In this document: positions 1 through 11,198 of the stretch, piece after piece
How the letters are laid out: the number at the start of each line of letters is the position of its first letter
Position numbering within the stretch: position 1 is the first letter of the stretch
Assembly: GCA_963796815.1 (NCBI GenBank)
Contig: CAWCNF010000006.1
Span: 60,593-124,592 of the forward strand
Length of the DNA: 64,000 bases
DNA from: an uncultured Solirubrobacterales bacterium
Lineage (GTDB): Bacteria; Actinomycetota; Thermoleophilia; Solirubrobacterales; 70-9
Direction of reading: 5' to 3'
Notes under the pieces: generated by a model
What the model was told of the DNA's origin: nothing
What the model saw: the letters and a program-made list of their open reading frames with translations, nothing else
Database searches by the model: none
Position numbers and translations under genes: made by a program

Positions 1-393
1 TTCGGGCGCGGGCACCCCGCCAAGCGCAGCTTTCAGGCGATCCGGATCGCCGTCAACGGCGAGCTCGAGTCGCTCGACCGCGGCCTCGTCGCCGGCTGGG
101 ACCTCTCGGCGACGGCGGGCGCTTCGGCGCGATCGCCTTCCACTCGCTGGAGGACCGCCGGGTCAAGCGCTTCCTCGCAGAACGCGCGGTCGGGCTGCGT
201 ATGCCCGCCCGAGATCCCGGTCTGCGTCTGCGGTCACGAGCCCGAGGCCGAGCTGATCACGCGCCGCGCGGTCAAGCCTTCGGAGGACGAGATCGAGCGC
301 AATCCGCGGTCGCGCTCGGCGCGCCTGCGCGTCGCCCGTAAGCTCGGCGATGCAGGAAGTCCCCGCTCAGAGGGCGAAAACGCGCGGAGGTAG
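1..393 (+). CDS. rsmH: 16S rRNA m4C1402 methyltransferase RsmH, C-terminal part. The 5' end is cut by the window edge and the gene is frameshifted as sequenced.
   Basis: The segments FQAIRIAVNGELESL, FGAIAFHSLEDRRVKRFL (in a different frame) and CPPEIPVCVCGH..AELITRRAVKPSEDEIERNPRSRSARLRVARKL match the RsmH C-terminal half. The stop is TAG at 391-393. The gene sits at the head of the dcw cluster. Confidence 0.75.
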   Translation, partial: FGRGHPAKRSFQAIRIAVNGELESLDRGLVAGWDLSATAGASARSPSTRWRTAGSSASSQNARSGCVCPPEIPVCVCGHEPEAELITRRAVKPSEDEIERNPRSRSARLRVARKLGDAGSPRSEGENARR

Positions 394-395
394 TC

Positions 396-992
396 ATGGC
401 GGCAACGGCAACGGCAAGAACAGCAGCACCCGCGCGACGCGCTCCGGCGCGCCGCGTGTCGACGCCCTCAAAGCGCACGACGGCTCCGTCACGGCGCGGG
501 GCAGTCCCGGCGCGGCGCAGCGAGACCGCCACCCGCCGCGCGCCGAAGCGCCACACGCCGGTCACCGGGTTCGTTCCGGTCGCCGCCGCTGCGGGCGCGG
601 TCAGCGGGATCGCCGACTCGGGCATCTTCGTCTGGCTCACGCGCGGACGCCTGTGGATCGGGCTCCTGGGGACGCTCCTGGTGGGGATCGTGGGTTTGAA
701 CGTCCTCGCCCTCGGCTTCAGCGCCTCGTCGTCGAACGCTGCCGGTGAGGCTGAGAACCTCGCCCGCCAGAACTCGGCGCTGCGCGCAAAGATCGCCTCG
801 ACCCTGTCGAGCGAGCAGGTCCAGTTGACGGCCAGCGATCTCGGCCTCGCGGTACCCGAGCCGGGCTCGATCCGCTACGTCGAGCCGTCGCCGGACGACG
901 CCGCTCAGGCCGCCAAGCGCCTGCGCGATGGCGACTTCACGGTCGGCGCCTACGTGCCGCCGGCACCGGTGACGGATCACGACCGCGGTTGA
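396..992 (+). CDS. ftsL: FtsL-like cell-division membrane protein, with a basic N-terminal tail, one TM helix and a coiled-coil.
   Basis: A 198-aa ORF sits between rsmH and ftsI. It has an Arg/Pro/Ala-rich N-terminus, the TM segment LWIGLLGTLLVGIVGLNVLAL, and then the heptad-like NLARQNSALRAKIASTLS. The call rests on position and architecture because the sequence itself is poorly conserved. The true 3' end may lie further downstream (see the 993-1189 feature). Confidence 0.6.
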   Translation: MAATATARTAAPARRAPARRVSTPSKRTTAPSRRGAVPARRSETATRRAPKRHTPVTGFVPVAAAAGAVSGIADSGIFVWLTRGRLWIGLLGTLLVGIVGLNVLALGFSASSSNAAGEAENLARQNSALRAKIASTLSSEQVQLTASDLGLAVPEPGSIRYVEPSPDDAAQAAKRLRDGDFTVGAYVPPAPVTDHDRG

Positions 993-1189
993 TCCGACCG
1001 TCACCGCGACGACGACCGATCCGGCGGTTGCTCCCACGGACGCCGGCGGCGACGGACACGACCGCAACCGACACGGCGACGACGCCGACGGCGACGACCA
1101 CGGATCCGGCGACGACGACCACGACCACGCCGGCGACCGATCCGACATGCGACCGCGGCCACGCCGACCGCCACGGGTGCGGTAACGCC
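993..1189 (+). other. Thr/Pro/Asp-rich low-complexity coding-like segment whose frame is ambiguous. It is either a tail of FtsL or an N-terminal extension of FtsI.
   Basis: Two frames read DPTVTATTTDPAVAPTDA and AATDTTATDTATTPTATTTDPATTTTTTPATDPT, built from ACG/ACC/GAC/CCG repeats with high GC3. A TAA at about 1183-1185 in one frame precedes the in-frame GTG at 1190. Confidence 0.4.
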
Positions 1190-2856
1190 GTGAACTTGAT
1201 CGATCGCCGCCTCGGCCTTCTGTTTGCGGCGTTCGTGGTCCTCTTGGCGTTGGTGATGGTCCGAGCGGCCTGGGTCCAGGGCGTCAACGGCGGCTCGCTG
1301 AGCGCCGAGGCGCAGAGCCAGCAGGTCCAGACAATCGAGGTGCCCGGATCGCGCGGGACGATCTACGACCGCAACGGCAACGAGCTCGCGGTCTCCGAGG
1401 ACGCGGCGACCATGATCGCAACGCCGTACCAGGTGACGGACCCGCCGGCACCGCGCACAAGCTCGCGAAGATCCTCGATGTCTCCCAGGAGGACATCCTC
1501 AAGTCGATCGCCGACCGAAGCTCGGGCTTCGCCTACATCGAGCGCAAGGCGACGCTCGATCAGGCCGACCGCGATCGAGAAGCTTCAGCTGCCCGGGGAT
1601 CGCGATCCTTCCGGACAGCCGCCGCACCTACCCGCAGGGTGAGCTCGCGAGCCAGGTGATCGGCACCGTCGGCATCGACAACCAGGGGCTCACCGGGCTC
1701 GAGGCATCCGAGGAGGACGTCCTTCACGGCACCAACGGCCAGCGCGAGGTCGTCAGCGACGCCCTCGGCGACGAACTCGAGCGCAACACGCTCAACGCCG
1801 CCCAGGCCGGGAGCCAACATCAAGCTCACGATCGACCACAACATCCAGGCCGAGACCGAGCACGTCCTCGCCGGAATCGGTCAGACCTACCACCCCGCGG
1901 GCGCGACGGCGATCGTCATGGACCCGCGCAGCTCGCAGATCCTGGCGATGGCCAATTACCCGACGTTCGACCCGGGCGATCCCGGCAGCGCGACACCCGC
2001 CGAGCTCAGCAACATGGCGACCGGCTTCAACTACGAGCCGGGCTCGACGTTCAAGGCGTTCACGGTCGCCGGCGCTCTCTCCGAGCACCTGGTCACGCCG
2101 GCGACGACGTTCGACATCCCGCCTGAGCTTCAGGTCGCCGACCGCACGATCACCGACGCCGAGGACCACGGCTACGAGACGCTGTCCGTCGCCGAGATCC
2201 TCAAGTACTCGTCCAACATCGGCGCGATCGAGATCGGGCATGAAGCTCGGCGCCGACGACTTCGACAAGTGGGTCCACGCCTTCGGCTTCGGCGCGCCGA
2301 CCGGCGTCAGGTTCCCGGGCGAGGAGCAGGGCATCGTGATCCCGGTCAAGGACTACTCGGGCTCGACGATGGGCAACCTTCCGATGGGCCAGGGCCTCTC
2401 GGTGACGCCGATGCAGATGGCGGCCGCGTACTCGGCCATCGCCGACGGCGGCGTCATGCACACGCCGCAGCTGATCCGCTCCGAGAACGGCCAGCGGACC
2501 GCGACCGACCCTGGCCACCGAGTCATCACCGCCGACAACGCCGCGCAAGCTGCGCAACATGCTCAAGGGCGTGCTCGCTCCCGGCGGTACGGCCTCCGAG
2601 GTGCAGGTGCCCGGCTACACCCTCGCGGGCAAGACCGGTACCGCTCAGAAGGTCATCAACGGCACCTACTCCGATACCCAGTTCGTCGCCTCGTTCGTCG
2701 GCTTCGCGCCCGGCGGATGATCCGCAGTTGCTCGTCGCGGTCGTCGTCGACGACCCCAAGGGCGACTACTACGGCGGCACCGTTGCCGCGCCGGCGTTCG
2801 GCGAGATCGCCAAGTTCGCGCTCCCCTACCTCGGCATCCCGCCGGACCAGGGCTAG
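1190..2856 (+). CDS. ftsI: Class B penicillin-binding protein (peptidoglycan D,D-transpeptidase FtsI). About 7 frame changes as sequenced.
   Basis: The reconstruction runs from the TM segment LGLLFAAFVVLLALVMV through RGTIYDRNGNELA, AIVMDPRSSQILAMANYPTFDP, the SxxK motif in EPGSTFKAF, YSSN, and the KTG motif in LAGKTGTAQ, to GGTVAAPAFGEIAKFALPYLGIPPDQG-stop at 2856. The pieces lie in ORFs 989.., 1656.., 1918.. and 2240.. The start could instead be TTG 989. Confidence 0.85.
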
Positions 2857-2899
2857 GCGCACGCGGTTACCTCGGGACCGGTTCCTAGACTTCTCCCCG

Positions 2900-4396
2900 A
2901 TGGAGCTGCGCGAGCTACTCGCAGGCGCCGACGTGGTCGAGATCAACGGCGATCCCGCGACGGAGATCACCGACCTCGCCTACGACAGCCGCCGGGCGAG
3001 CCCCGGGGCGCTCTTCTTCTGCATTTCCGGCTTCACGGCGGACGGCCACGAGTTCGCGCCGCTACGCCGTCCAGGCGGGTGCGTCGGCCGTGGTCGTGGA
3101 ACGGCCGCTCGACCTCGAGCCCCACGTCGTCCAGGTCCAGGTGGGCGACGCCCGCGCGGCGATGGCGCACGCCGCGGTGCGCTTCTACGGCGACCCGACT
3201 GCCGAGCTGCGCGTCGTCGGCGTCACCGGCACCAACGGCAAGACGACGACCGCCTTCCTCATCCGCCACATCCTCGAGCACCGGGGCATCCAGACCGGCC
3301 TCTGGGGACCGTCAAGCGGATCGTCGGCGGCGTCGACGAGCCGGTCGAGCGCACGACGCCGGAGGCGATCGAGCTGCAGCAGACCTTCCGGCGGATGGTC
3401 GACGGCGGCGACCGCGCCTGCGCGATGGAGGTCTCCTCGCACGCGCTCAGCCTCAACCGCGTCGACGGCGATCCGCTTCGCCGTCGGCGGCGTTCACGAA
3501 CCTGACCCAGGACCACCTCGACTTCCATCACGACATGGAGGACTACTTCCTGGCCAAGCGCCGCCTGTTCACCGGCGAGCGCGCCGAGCGCGCCGTCGAT
3601 CAACATCGACGACCCCTACGGCGACAAGCTCGCGGCCGAGTTCGACGGCGATCACCTTCTCCGCGACGGGCGACGAGCGCGCCGACCTGCGCGCGGTCGA
3701 CCTCAGCTTCGACGCCGCCGGGCTCGCGCTTCCGGCTGCGTCGGGCTCGGACGCCGAGCTCGACGCCGCGGTGCCGCTGCCGGGCCGCTTCAACGTCGAG
3801 AACGCGCTCTGCGCGATCGGCGTCGTCGTCGCCCTCGGCGATCGAGCTCGCCGACGCGGTCGCGGCGCTTGCCGACGCCGAGCGCGTCCCCGGGCGCTTC
3901 GAGCCGGTCGACGAGGGCCAGCCGTTCGCGGTGCTCGTCGACTACGCCCACACGCCCGACTCGCTCGAGAACGTGCTCGTCTCGGCGCGCCAGATCACCC
4001 CCGACGGCACGGCTGATCTGCGTCTTCGGCTGCGGCGGCGATCGCGACCGCGACAAGCGCCCGCAGATGGGCGCGATCGCGGCGGCGCCTCGCCGACATC
4101 GCCGTCGTCACCTCGGACAACCCGCGCTCGGAGGATCCCGCCGCGATCGTCGCCGAGATCCGCGCGGGGATGCCGGCCGCGCGGCGCGGAGATCGAGGTC
4201 GAGGTCGACCGGCGAGGCGGCGATCGCCCTCGCGCTCGGCCTCGCGCGCGGCGCCGGCGACACCGTCGTCATCGCCGGCAAGGGTCACGAGCAGGGCCAG
4301 GAGTTCGAGCACGGCCGCAAGATCCCGTTCGACGACCGCGAGGTCGCCGGGAGAAGCTGCGGGCGCTCGCGCCGGCACCGGGCGCCCGCAGCGTGA
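2900..4396 (+). CDS. murE: UDP-N-acetylmuramoyl-L-alanyl-D-glutamate--2,6-diaminopimelate ligase MurE. Many frame changes as sequenced.
   Basis: Matching segments are MELRELLAGADVVEINGDP, the P-loop [64 protein letters not shown], the DAP-type motif in VFGCGGDRDRDKRPQMG, and VIAGKGHEQGQEF. The gene lies in the dcw cluster. Confidence 0.9.
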
Positions 4397-5775
4397 TCGA
4401 GCTCGCGCCGCGAACAGATCGCCGCCGAGGCGCTGGGCGCCGAGGTCGCCGCGGCGGGCGGCGACGGGCGGCCCGAGCGAGGCCGCGATCGACTCGCGCG
4501 CGGCCGACGCCCGGCGACCTCTTCTTCGGGCTCACGGCCGGGCGCGACCGACGGCGGCGAGCACGCCGCCGGCGCGATCGCGGCCGGCGCGTGGGGGGTC
4601 GTGGTCGAGCCGCGCCGCGCCACCGAGCTCGCCGGCCGCCGGCGGACGCCGGAGCGGCCTGGATCTTCGCCGCCGACGACCCGCTCGCCGCGCTGCAGGC
4701 GCTCGCCCGCGCCTGGCGGCGCGAGCTCGGCTGCCGCGTCGTCGGCGATCACCGGCTCGACCGGCAAGACCTCGGTCAAGGACATCACCCGGGCGCTGCT
4801 GCCGGCGCGCGTGCACGCCAGCCCGGAGAACTTCAACACCGAGATCGGCCTGCCGCTGACGATCCTCTCCGACGCCGCCCGAGACCGAGACCTGGTGCTG
4901 CGAGATGGCGATGCGCGGCATCGGCCAGATCGCCGAGCTGTGTGCGATCGCCGAGCCCGACGTCGGCGCGATCACCAACGTCGGGCCCGTGCATCTCGAG
5001 CTGCTCGGCACGCTCGAGGCGATCGCCGAGGCGAAGGCGGAGATCCTGCAGCGGGCTCGGCCCGGCGGGCGCGCCGTGATCCCGGCCGACGCCGAAGCGC
5101 TCGAGCCGCACATCTCGCCGCAGCTCGAGACGATCACGTTCGGCCCCGGCGGGCCTCGTCTTCGCCCGCGATCACGAGATCGACGGGCGACCGCATGCGG
5201 GCGCGAGATCGTCACCCCGCTCGGCGGAGGCCGAGTTCGAGCTCGGCTTCGGCGAGCTGCACAACCTCGCGAACACCGTTTGCGCGGTGGCGATCGGCGT
5301 CGCGCTCGGGGTGGAGCCCGCTGCGATGGCGGCGCGCACGGCGGCCATATCCTTCTCGCGCCTGCGCGGCGAGCTGATTCGGCTGCCAAGGGGCTCCGTG
5401 CTGGTCAACGACTGCTACAACGCCAATCCGATCTCGATGCGCGCGGCGCTCGACAGCCTCGCCGCCCGCGGCGGTCGCCGGCCGGCGGATCGCGGTCCTC
5501 GGTGGCATGGGCGAGCTCGGGCCCGGACGGCCCCGGCTATCACCGCGAGGTCGGCGCGCACGCGCGCGAGCTCGGCATCGACCCGCTCGTCGGCGTCGGC
5601 GAGCTTGCCCGCGACTACGCGCCCGACGAGTGGGCGCGGGACGCCCGGCCGATGCGGTGCCGCTGGTGCGCGAGCTGCTCGGCGACGGCGACGCGATCCT
5701 CGTCAAGGGCTCGCGCGCGGTCGGGCTCGAGGCGTTCACCGAGGCGTTCGTCGACGGCGGTCGGCGGCGCGGTGA
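4393..5775 (+). CDS. murF: UDP-N-acetylmuramoyl-tripeptide--D-alanyl-D-alanine ligase MurF. Many frame changes as sequenced, and the 3' end is uncertain.
   Basis: A GTG at 4393 overlaps the murE stop. Matching segments are ITGSTGKTSVKDI, ENFNTEIGLPLTIL, LEMAMRGIGQIAELCAIAEPDVGAITNVGPVHLE, NDCYNANPISMRAAL, VLGGMGELG and ILVKGSRAVGLE. TGA 5773-5775 forms a GTGA overlap with a candidate mraY start. Confidence 0.85.
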
Positions 5776-6810
5776 CGACGGTCGGCGCTCGTCCGCATCG
5801 GCGATATCGCGGCTCGAACCCGATCGATCGCGGCGAGGTGCTGATCGCCGGGATGGCGGCGATGCTGATCACGATCTTCCTCGGGCCGAAGTTCATCGAG
5901 TTCCTGCGAGTCAGGGAGTTCGGCCAGCAGATCCGCGAGGAGGGCCCGCAGGAGCACCACGCCAAGGCGGGCACGCCGACGATGGGCGGGCTGATCCTCT
6001 TTCTCGCGATCGCGGTGCCCTACCTGGTGCTCTCCGATCGCGACACCGCGAGCCTCGCCGTCTTCGGCGTCGCGCTCGGCTGCGCGCTGCTCGGGTTCGC
6101 CGACGACTTCATCAAGATCTCCAAGCGCCGCTCGCTCGGCCTTGGCGCCCGCTACAAGCTGCTCGGCCAGATCGCGATCGCGCTCGCGCTCTGGTGGGTC
6201 GCCTACGACACCCTCGGGCTCGACCCGGTGCTCGAGGCGCGGGTCTTCGACGCCCAGATCTACGTCGGCCCCGTCCTCTACTTCTTCTTCGTCTTCCTGG
6301 TGGTCGCCGGCGCCTCGAACGCCGTCAACCTCACCGACGGTCTCGACGGGCTCGCGGCCGGTTCCTGCGCGATCGTCCTCCTCGCCTACATGGCGATCAC
6401 GATCACCAATGGCCAGGCCGACCTCGCGCTGCTCGCCGGGTGCTTCGTCGGGGCCTCGATCGGCTTCCTCTGGTTCAACGCCTTCCCGGCGTCGATATTC
6501 ATGGGCGACACGGGCTCGCTCGGATTAGGGGGCGCCATCGCGCGGCTTCGCGGTGATGACTCAGACCGAGCTCCTGCTGATCATCCTCGGCGGGATCTTC
6601 GTGATCGAGGCGCTCTCGGTCGCGGTTCAGGTGATCAGCTTCAAGATGTTCCGCCGCCGCGTGCTGCTGATGGCGCCGATCCACCACCACTTCGAGCTCC
6701 TGGCCTGGTCGGAGACGAAGATCATGCTGCGCTTCTGGATCATCGCGGCGGTCTGCTCAGGGATCGGCTACGTGCTCTACCAGAACAGCATCGCCCTAGG
6801 CTCGGCTTGA
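5772..6810 (+). CDS. mraY: Phospho-N-acetylmuramoyl-pentapeptide transferase MraY. One frame change near 6545, and an alternative start at GTG 5838.
   Basis: Matching segments are [76 protein letters not shown], and then (after the shift) [33 protein letters not shown]. The stop is at 6810. Confidence 0.9.
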
Positions 6811-7210
6811 CAGTGTCGTCGAACGTCTCCGCCGTCTCGCGCAGGCGTTTGCGCCCGAGCATCACGGCCCAGAGGCCGCTCAGGGGGCCGTCGACGTAGA
6901 GGCGGTGAGTGACCTCGCAGCCGGGGCCCATCGGTTCGACGAGGTGCTCATGGCCGGCGCGGGCGCCCGGGAGCGCGTACTCGGTGACCAGGCGGCGGCC
7001 CGGCTCGAGCGCGACGACGACATGGCGGGTGCTGCCGCCCTTGCGCAGCTTCACGCGGACCTCGCTCCCGACGGCGAGCTCGCCCTCGGTGAGGACCTCG
7101 GCGGTCTGGAAACGCGCGTCCCACTCCGGCCAGCGCGCGGGCTTTGCCCATCGTGCCCAGACCGCGCTCGCCGGGATGCCCGCGCGCGTCGTATGGGTCG
7201 TCTCGAACAA
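6740..7210 (-). CDS. SRPBCC-superfamily (polyketide cyclase/START-like) protein. The 3' end is uncertain.
   Basis: This is the C-terminal two-thirds of the 290-aa minus ORF 6740..7612: (TTG)[99 protein letters not shown]. Spacing and length (about 150 aa) are typical of the Polyketide_cyc2/SRPBCC fold. The family call is by pattern recognition only. Confidence 0.55.
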   Translation of the reverse strand: MFETTHTTRAGIPASAVWARWAKPARWPEWDARFQTAEVLTEGELAVGSEVRVKLRKGGSTRHVVVALEPGRRLVTEYALPGARAGHEHLVEPMGPGCEVTHRLYVDGPLSGLWAVMLGRKRLRETAETFDDTVKPSLGRCCSGRARSRSLSRPPR

Positions 7211-7215
7211 CCGAG

Positions 7216-7612
7216 TTACGTCGGCAACGGGCTGCCGGCGAAGGCGAAGAACCAGATCATCATCGCGACCGAGGCGACGATCGCGGTGCCGACGAAGACG
7301 GCCTCTACCGGGGTCAGCTTCTGCGTTCCGGGCGGTATGGCTCGTCGCGCATGCTGCGGTTCCATGGGTAGCGCGCCGGCGCCTGATCCTGGCGGCCTGG
7401 CCGCGCGCCTGGATCGCGCCCGCGATCATCAGGACGCCGACGTACGTGGCCAGGATCCCGACGAAGATGATCGCCGCCGTCGAGCCCTCGACGTGCTGTG
7501 CGCCGCGCGAGGTCTGGATCAGCGAGCCGATCCAGACCCATAGCAGCGGCACGCCCGCCCCGATGAGCGCTGCGGCGATGATCTCAACGACGAAACGGCC
7601 GGTCTTGCGCAC
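7216..7612 (-). CDS. Small integral membrane protein with three predicted TM helices. One frame change near 7370.
   Basis: The N-terminus is MRKTGRFVVEIIAAALIGAGVPLLWVWIGSLIQ..AAIIFVGILATYVGVLMIAGAIQ. After a 1-nt shift it reads ..TPVEAVFVGTAIVASVAMMMIWFFAFAGSPLPT-TAA, with the stop complement at 7216-7218. I recognise no family. Confidence 0.45.
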
Positions 7613-7653
7613 TCAGGAAGGTAGCGACCACCGACCCCGCGAAACTAGCTCGG

Positions 7654-8955
7654 GTGAGCGCATTCTCGGCCCGCCCCGACCTGCCGCCCGGTCCGTATCT
7701 CGTCGTCGGCCTCGCGCGGTCGGGTCAGGCTGCCGTGCGTTTGCTCGCCCAGCGCGGCGCGAGCGTCATCGGAATCGATGCGGGGGCACCGCAGGCCGCG
7801 GAAGGGCTAGTGGGGGACAACGTCGAAATCCTCCTGGATGGGGATCGATCGGAAGAAGTCGTCGACCGCGTGCGCTGCGTAGTCAAGAGCCCCGGGGTTC
7901 CAAGCTCGGCGCCAGTCGTCGCGGCCGCCCGGAGCAAGGGCCTGCCGGTGATCGGCGAGGTTGAGCTCGCCTGGCGCCTGCTGCCCAACCGCTTCGTGGC
8001 GGTCACCGGGACCAACGGCAAGACCACGGTTTCCGAGCTGCTCGGTCACATCTGGCGCATCGCGGGCGAGCCGGTCGCGGTCGCGGGCAACGTCGGTACC
8101 GCCCTGACCACGCTCGTCGGCAAGGTCCCCGCCGAGGCGACGATCGTCTGCGAGGTCTCCAGCTTTCAGCTCGAGGACACCGAGGCTTTCGCGCCGGAGT
8201 GCCGGCGTCCTCCTCAACCTCACGCCCGACCATCTGGACCGCCACGGGAGCTTCGAGGCATACCGCGACGCCAAGCTGCGGATGTTCGCCAACCAGAGTT
8301 CGGGCGACGTGGCCGTCTACAACGGTGCGGACCCCGCGCTCGCGAATCTCGACCTGGGCGGTCTCGGGCGCAAGCTCGACTTCGCGGCGCGGGTGGGCGA
8401 GTTCGCGTTCGCGCTGCCCGGCCCGCATAACGCCGAGAACGCTGCCGCCGCGGGCGTCACCGCCGAGGCGATGGGCATCGAGCGCCGACGCCATCGACCA
8501 GGCGCTGCTCAGCTTCGAGGGCGTGCCGAACCGGCTCGAGCGCGTCGCGGAGATCGACGGCGTCATCTACGTCAACGACTCGAAGGCCACCAACGCGGCC
8601 GCCGCCGCGGCGGCGATCCGATCGTTCGAGGGCGGCGTGCGCGTGATCCTCGGCGGCTCGCTCAAGGGCGGGGACTTCACGGGCCTGGCCGAGCCGCTGG
8701 CCGAGCGGGCCGTTGCCGCCTATCTGATCGGCGAGGCCGCCGAGCGCCTCGACGCCGAGCTCGCGCCGGCGTGGGAGGCGGGGGTCGGGCACGGTCGCCA
8801 CGGCGGGCTCGCCGAGGCGCTGCACGCCGCCGCCGCGCGACGCGACCGCCGGTGAGGTCGTCCTGCTCGCGCCCGCCTGCGCCAGCTTCGATGCCTATCG
8901 CGACTACGAGGAGCGCGGAGAGCACTTTCGCGCGCTGGTCGCGACTGCGGACTGA
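7654..8955 (+). CDS. murD: UDP-N-acetylmuramoylalanine--D-glutamate ligase MurD. About 3 frame changes.
   Basis: The gene starts at a GTG. Matching segments are [104 protein letters not shown], and [26 protein letters not shown]. The stop is at 8953-8955. Confidence 0.9.
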
Positions 8956-10183
8956 TGGCCCCTCGAAGAACAGAAGAAGAAGCCGCGCCGCCGATCGAGT
9001 ACTCGCTGCTGCTCACGGCGACGATGTGCCTGCTCGCTTTCGGCGTCGTCATGGTCTTCAGCGCGAGCTCGACGACGTCGCTGCTGGGCGGCTCCGGCGA
9101 CCCCTACTACTACCTCAAGCGCACGGCGCTCTTCGGCGCCGTGGGCCTGGTCCTGCTGAAGGTCCTGTCGGGCGGCGGCGTGCAAGCTCGTTCGCGGCCT
9201 GACGCCGGCGATCCTCGCGACGTCCTTCTTCCTCTGCGTCGTCGTCCTCTGCCGGGCATGGGCGTCGAGGTCAACGGCGCGAAGCGCTGGATCGGCGCCG
9301 GCATGTTCCAGATCCAGCCGTCGGAGATCATGAAGGTCGCGCTGATCCTCTACGGCGCGCAGCTGCTGGCGACGCGCCCGAAGATGACGCGCGAGCTGCG
9401 GACGATGGTGCCGTATCTCGGCGTCGTCTGCGCTCGCGTGCGCGCTCGTGGTCGTCGAGCCGGATCTGGGGACGGCGATGGTCGCGTGCTTTGCCGCCGG
9501 CGCGATGCTGATTGCCGCCGGCGCCAGGCTCGCTGACATGGGCAAGCTCGTCCTCGTCATCGGCGTCGTCGTCGGCCGTGGCCGTGCTGCTCGAGCCCTA
9601 TCGAATGGAGCGGCTCACCGGGTTCATCAACCCGGGCCACGACCCGAGCGGCGCCGGCTTCCAGGCGATTCAGGCAAAGATCGCCCTCGGGTCCGGCGGG
9701 ATCTTCGGCGTCGGGCTCGGCGAGAGCCTCCAGAAGGCCTTCTACCTGCCGGAGGCCCACACCGACATGATCGCCGCCGTCATCGGCGAGGAGCTCGGCC
9801 TCTTCGGCATCGGCGGCCTGGTCGCCCTCTACGGGCTCTTCGGCTACGCCGGCCTGCGGATCGCCCAGAACGCCCGCGACCGCTACGGCAAGCTGCTGGC
9901 CGCCGGCCTCACCTCGTTGGTGCTGATCCAGGCGACCATCAACCTCTTCGCGGTACTCGGGCTGGCGCCGCTGACGGGCGTCCCCCTGCCGTTCGTGTCG
10001 TACGGCAATTCGAGCATGCTGATGATGCTCGCCGCCGTCGGGCTGCTCCTGAACATTTCGAAGTCACCCTCGAGTGGAACACTGCGCGTCGTCAATGGCG
10101 CAAGCACGAGTCGTAATAGCGGCGGGCGGAACCGCGGGACACGTCGTCCCAGCACTGGCGGTCGCCGACGCGCTGCGAGCTGA
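8955..10183 (+). CDS. ftsW: Peptidoglycan glycosyltransferase / lipid II flippase-family protein FtsW (SEDS family). About 4 frame changes. The as-sequenced stop overlaps murG.
   Basis: Matching segments are LLLTATMCLLAFGVVMVFSASS, GAKRWIGAGMFQIQPSEIMKVALILY, EPDLGTAMV, FQAIQAKIALGSGGIFGVGLGES..YLPEAHTDMIAAVIGEELG, and LPFVSYGNSSML. Confidence 0.85.
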
Positions 10184-11198
10184 GGGCGCGACCGTCTCGT
10201 TCATCGGCGCGCGCGACCGCTCCGAGGCGGAGCTGGTGCCGGCGGCCGGCTATGAGATCGACCTGCTCGACCTCCGCGGCCTCGACCGCTCCAACCCCGT
10301 GCGCGCCGCGGGTGCCCTGCGACTGGCCGCCGCGGCCTTCCCCGCCGCGCGCGGGATCCTGCGCGACCGCGGCGCCGTGGCGGTGCTCGGTGGCGGCGGG
10401 TACGTCGCGGGCCCGGCCGGCCTCGCCGCGGTCTCGCTCGGCCTGCCGCTCGTCCTGACCGAGGCCGATCGCCACCTCGGCCTCGCCAACCGCCTGCTGG
10501 CGCGCCGCGCCCGCCGGGTCTGCCTCGCGTTTGCGATCGAAGGCCGCGACGACGAGCGCTACCTCGTGACCGGCCGCCCGGTGCCGGCGGCGATCACGGC
10601 GGCCGACCGCGGCGCCGCCCGCGAGCGCTTCGGGATCGCGACCGCCGACCATTGCCTGCTCGTGTTCGGCGGCAGCCAGGGCGCCCGCTCGATCAACCGC
10701 ACGGCGCTCGCGGCCTTCGCCGGGCCCGGGTCGGCGGAGCGCGACTTCCACGTGCTTCACATCAGCGGCTCGCGCGACTATGAGGAGATCCGGTCGGGCC
10801 TCGCCGGGGGCTCCAACCCGAACCGCTACACGCTGCTCGAATACGAGCCCGGGCTCGCGGATGCGCTCGCGGCCTGTGACCTGGTCCTCGCCCGCTCGGG
10901 CGGCTCGATCTTCGAGATCGCCGCGGCCGCGCGCCCCGCGATCCTGGTTCCCTACCCCTATGCGGCGGCCGACCATCAGCGCGCAAACGCGGAGTGGATG
11001 GCGAGCGGCGGCGCGGCCGTGGTGATCGACGACGCCGAGCTCGAGCCGATGCATCTGCGCGACCTCGCCGCCGGCCTGCTCGCCGACGACGACCGCCTCG
11101 ACGCGATGGCGGCGGCCTCGGCTCGGCTCGCTCGCCCGGACGCCGCGCAGCGAGTCGCCGACGAGGTTCTCGAGGCAGCCGCGAGTGCCGATGGCTGA
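10095..11198 (+). CDS. murG: UDP-N-acetylglucosamine--N-acetylmuramyl-(pentapeptide) pyrophosphoryl-undecaprenol GlcNAc transferase MurG.
   Basis: The ORF is intact (the track gives 10074..11198). MAQARVVIAAGGTAGHVVPALAVADAL carries the GGTxGH motif, followed by LVFGGSQGARSIN and RSGGSIFEIAAAARPAILVPYPYAADHQRANA. I prefer the ATG at 10095. Confidence 0.95.
   Translation: MAQARVVIAAGGTAGHVVPALAVADALRAEGATVSFIGARDRSEAELVPAAGYEIDLLDLRGLDRSNPVRAAGALRLAAAAFPAARGILRDRGAVAVLGGGGYVAGPAGLAAVSLGLPLVLTEADRHLGLANRLLARRARRVCLAFAIEGRDDERYLVTGRPVPAAITAADRGAARERFGIATADHCLLVFGGSQGARSINRTALAAFAGPGSAERDFHVLHISGSRDYEEIRSGLAGGSNPNRYTLLEYEPGLADALAACDLVLARSGGSIFEIAAAARPAILVPYPYAAADHQRANAEWMASGGAAVVIDDAELEPMHLRDLAAGLLADDDRLDAMAAASARLARPDAAQRVADEVLEAAASADG

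Noticed and set aside
6740-7612. The 290-aa minus-strand ORF treated as one gene.
   Set aside because: Its N-terminal third is a TM protein. That protein continues in a shifted frame to a third TM helix and a TAA at 7216-7218. Its C-terminal part is a self-contained SRPBCC-like domain with its own TTG start. It is two genes joined by an open frame.
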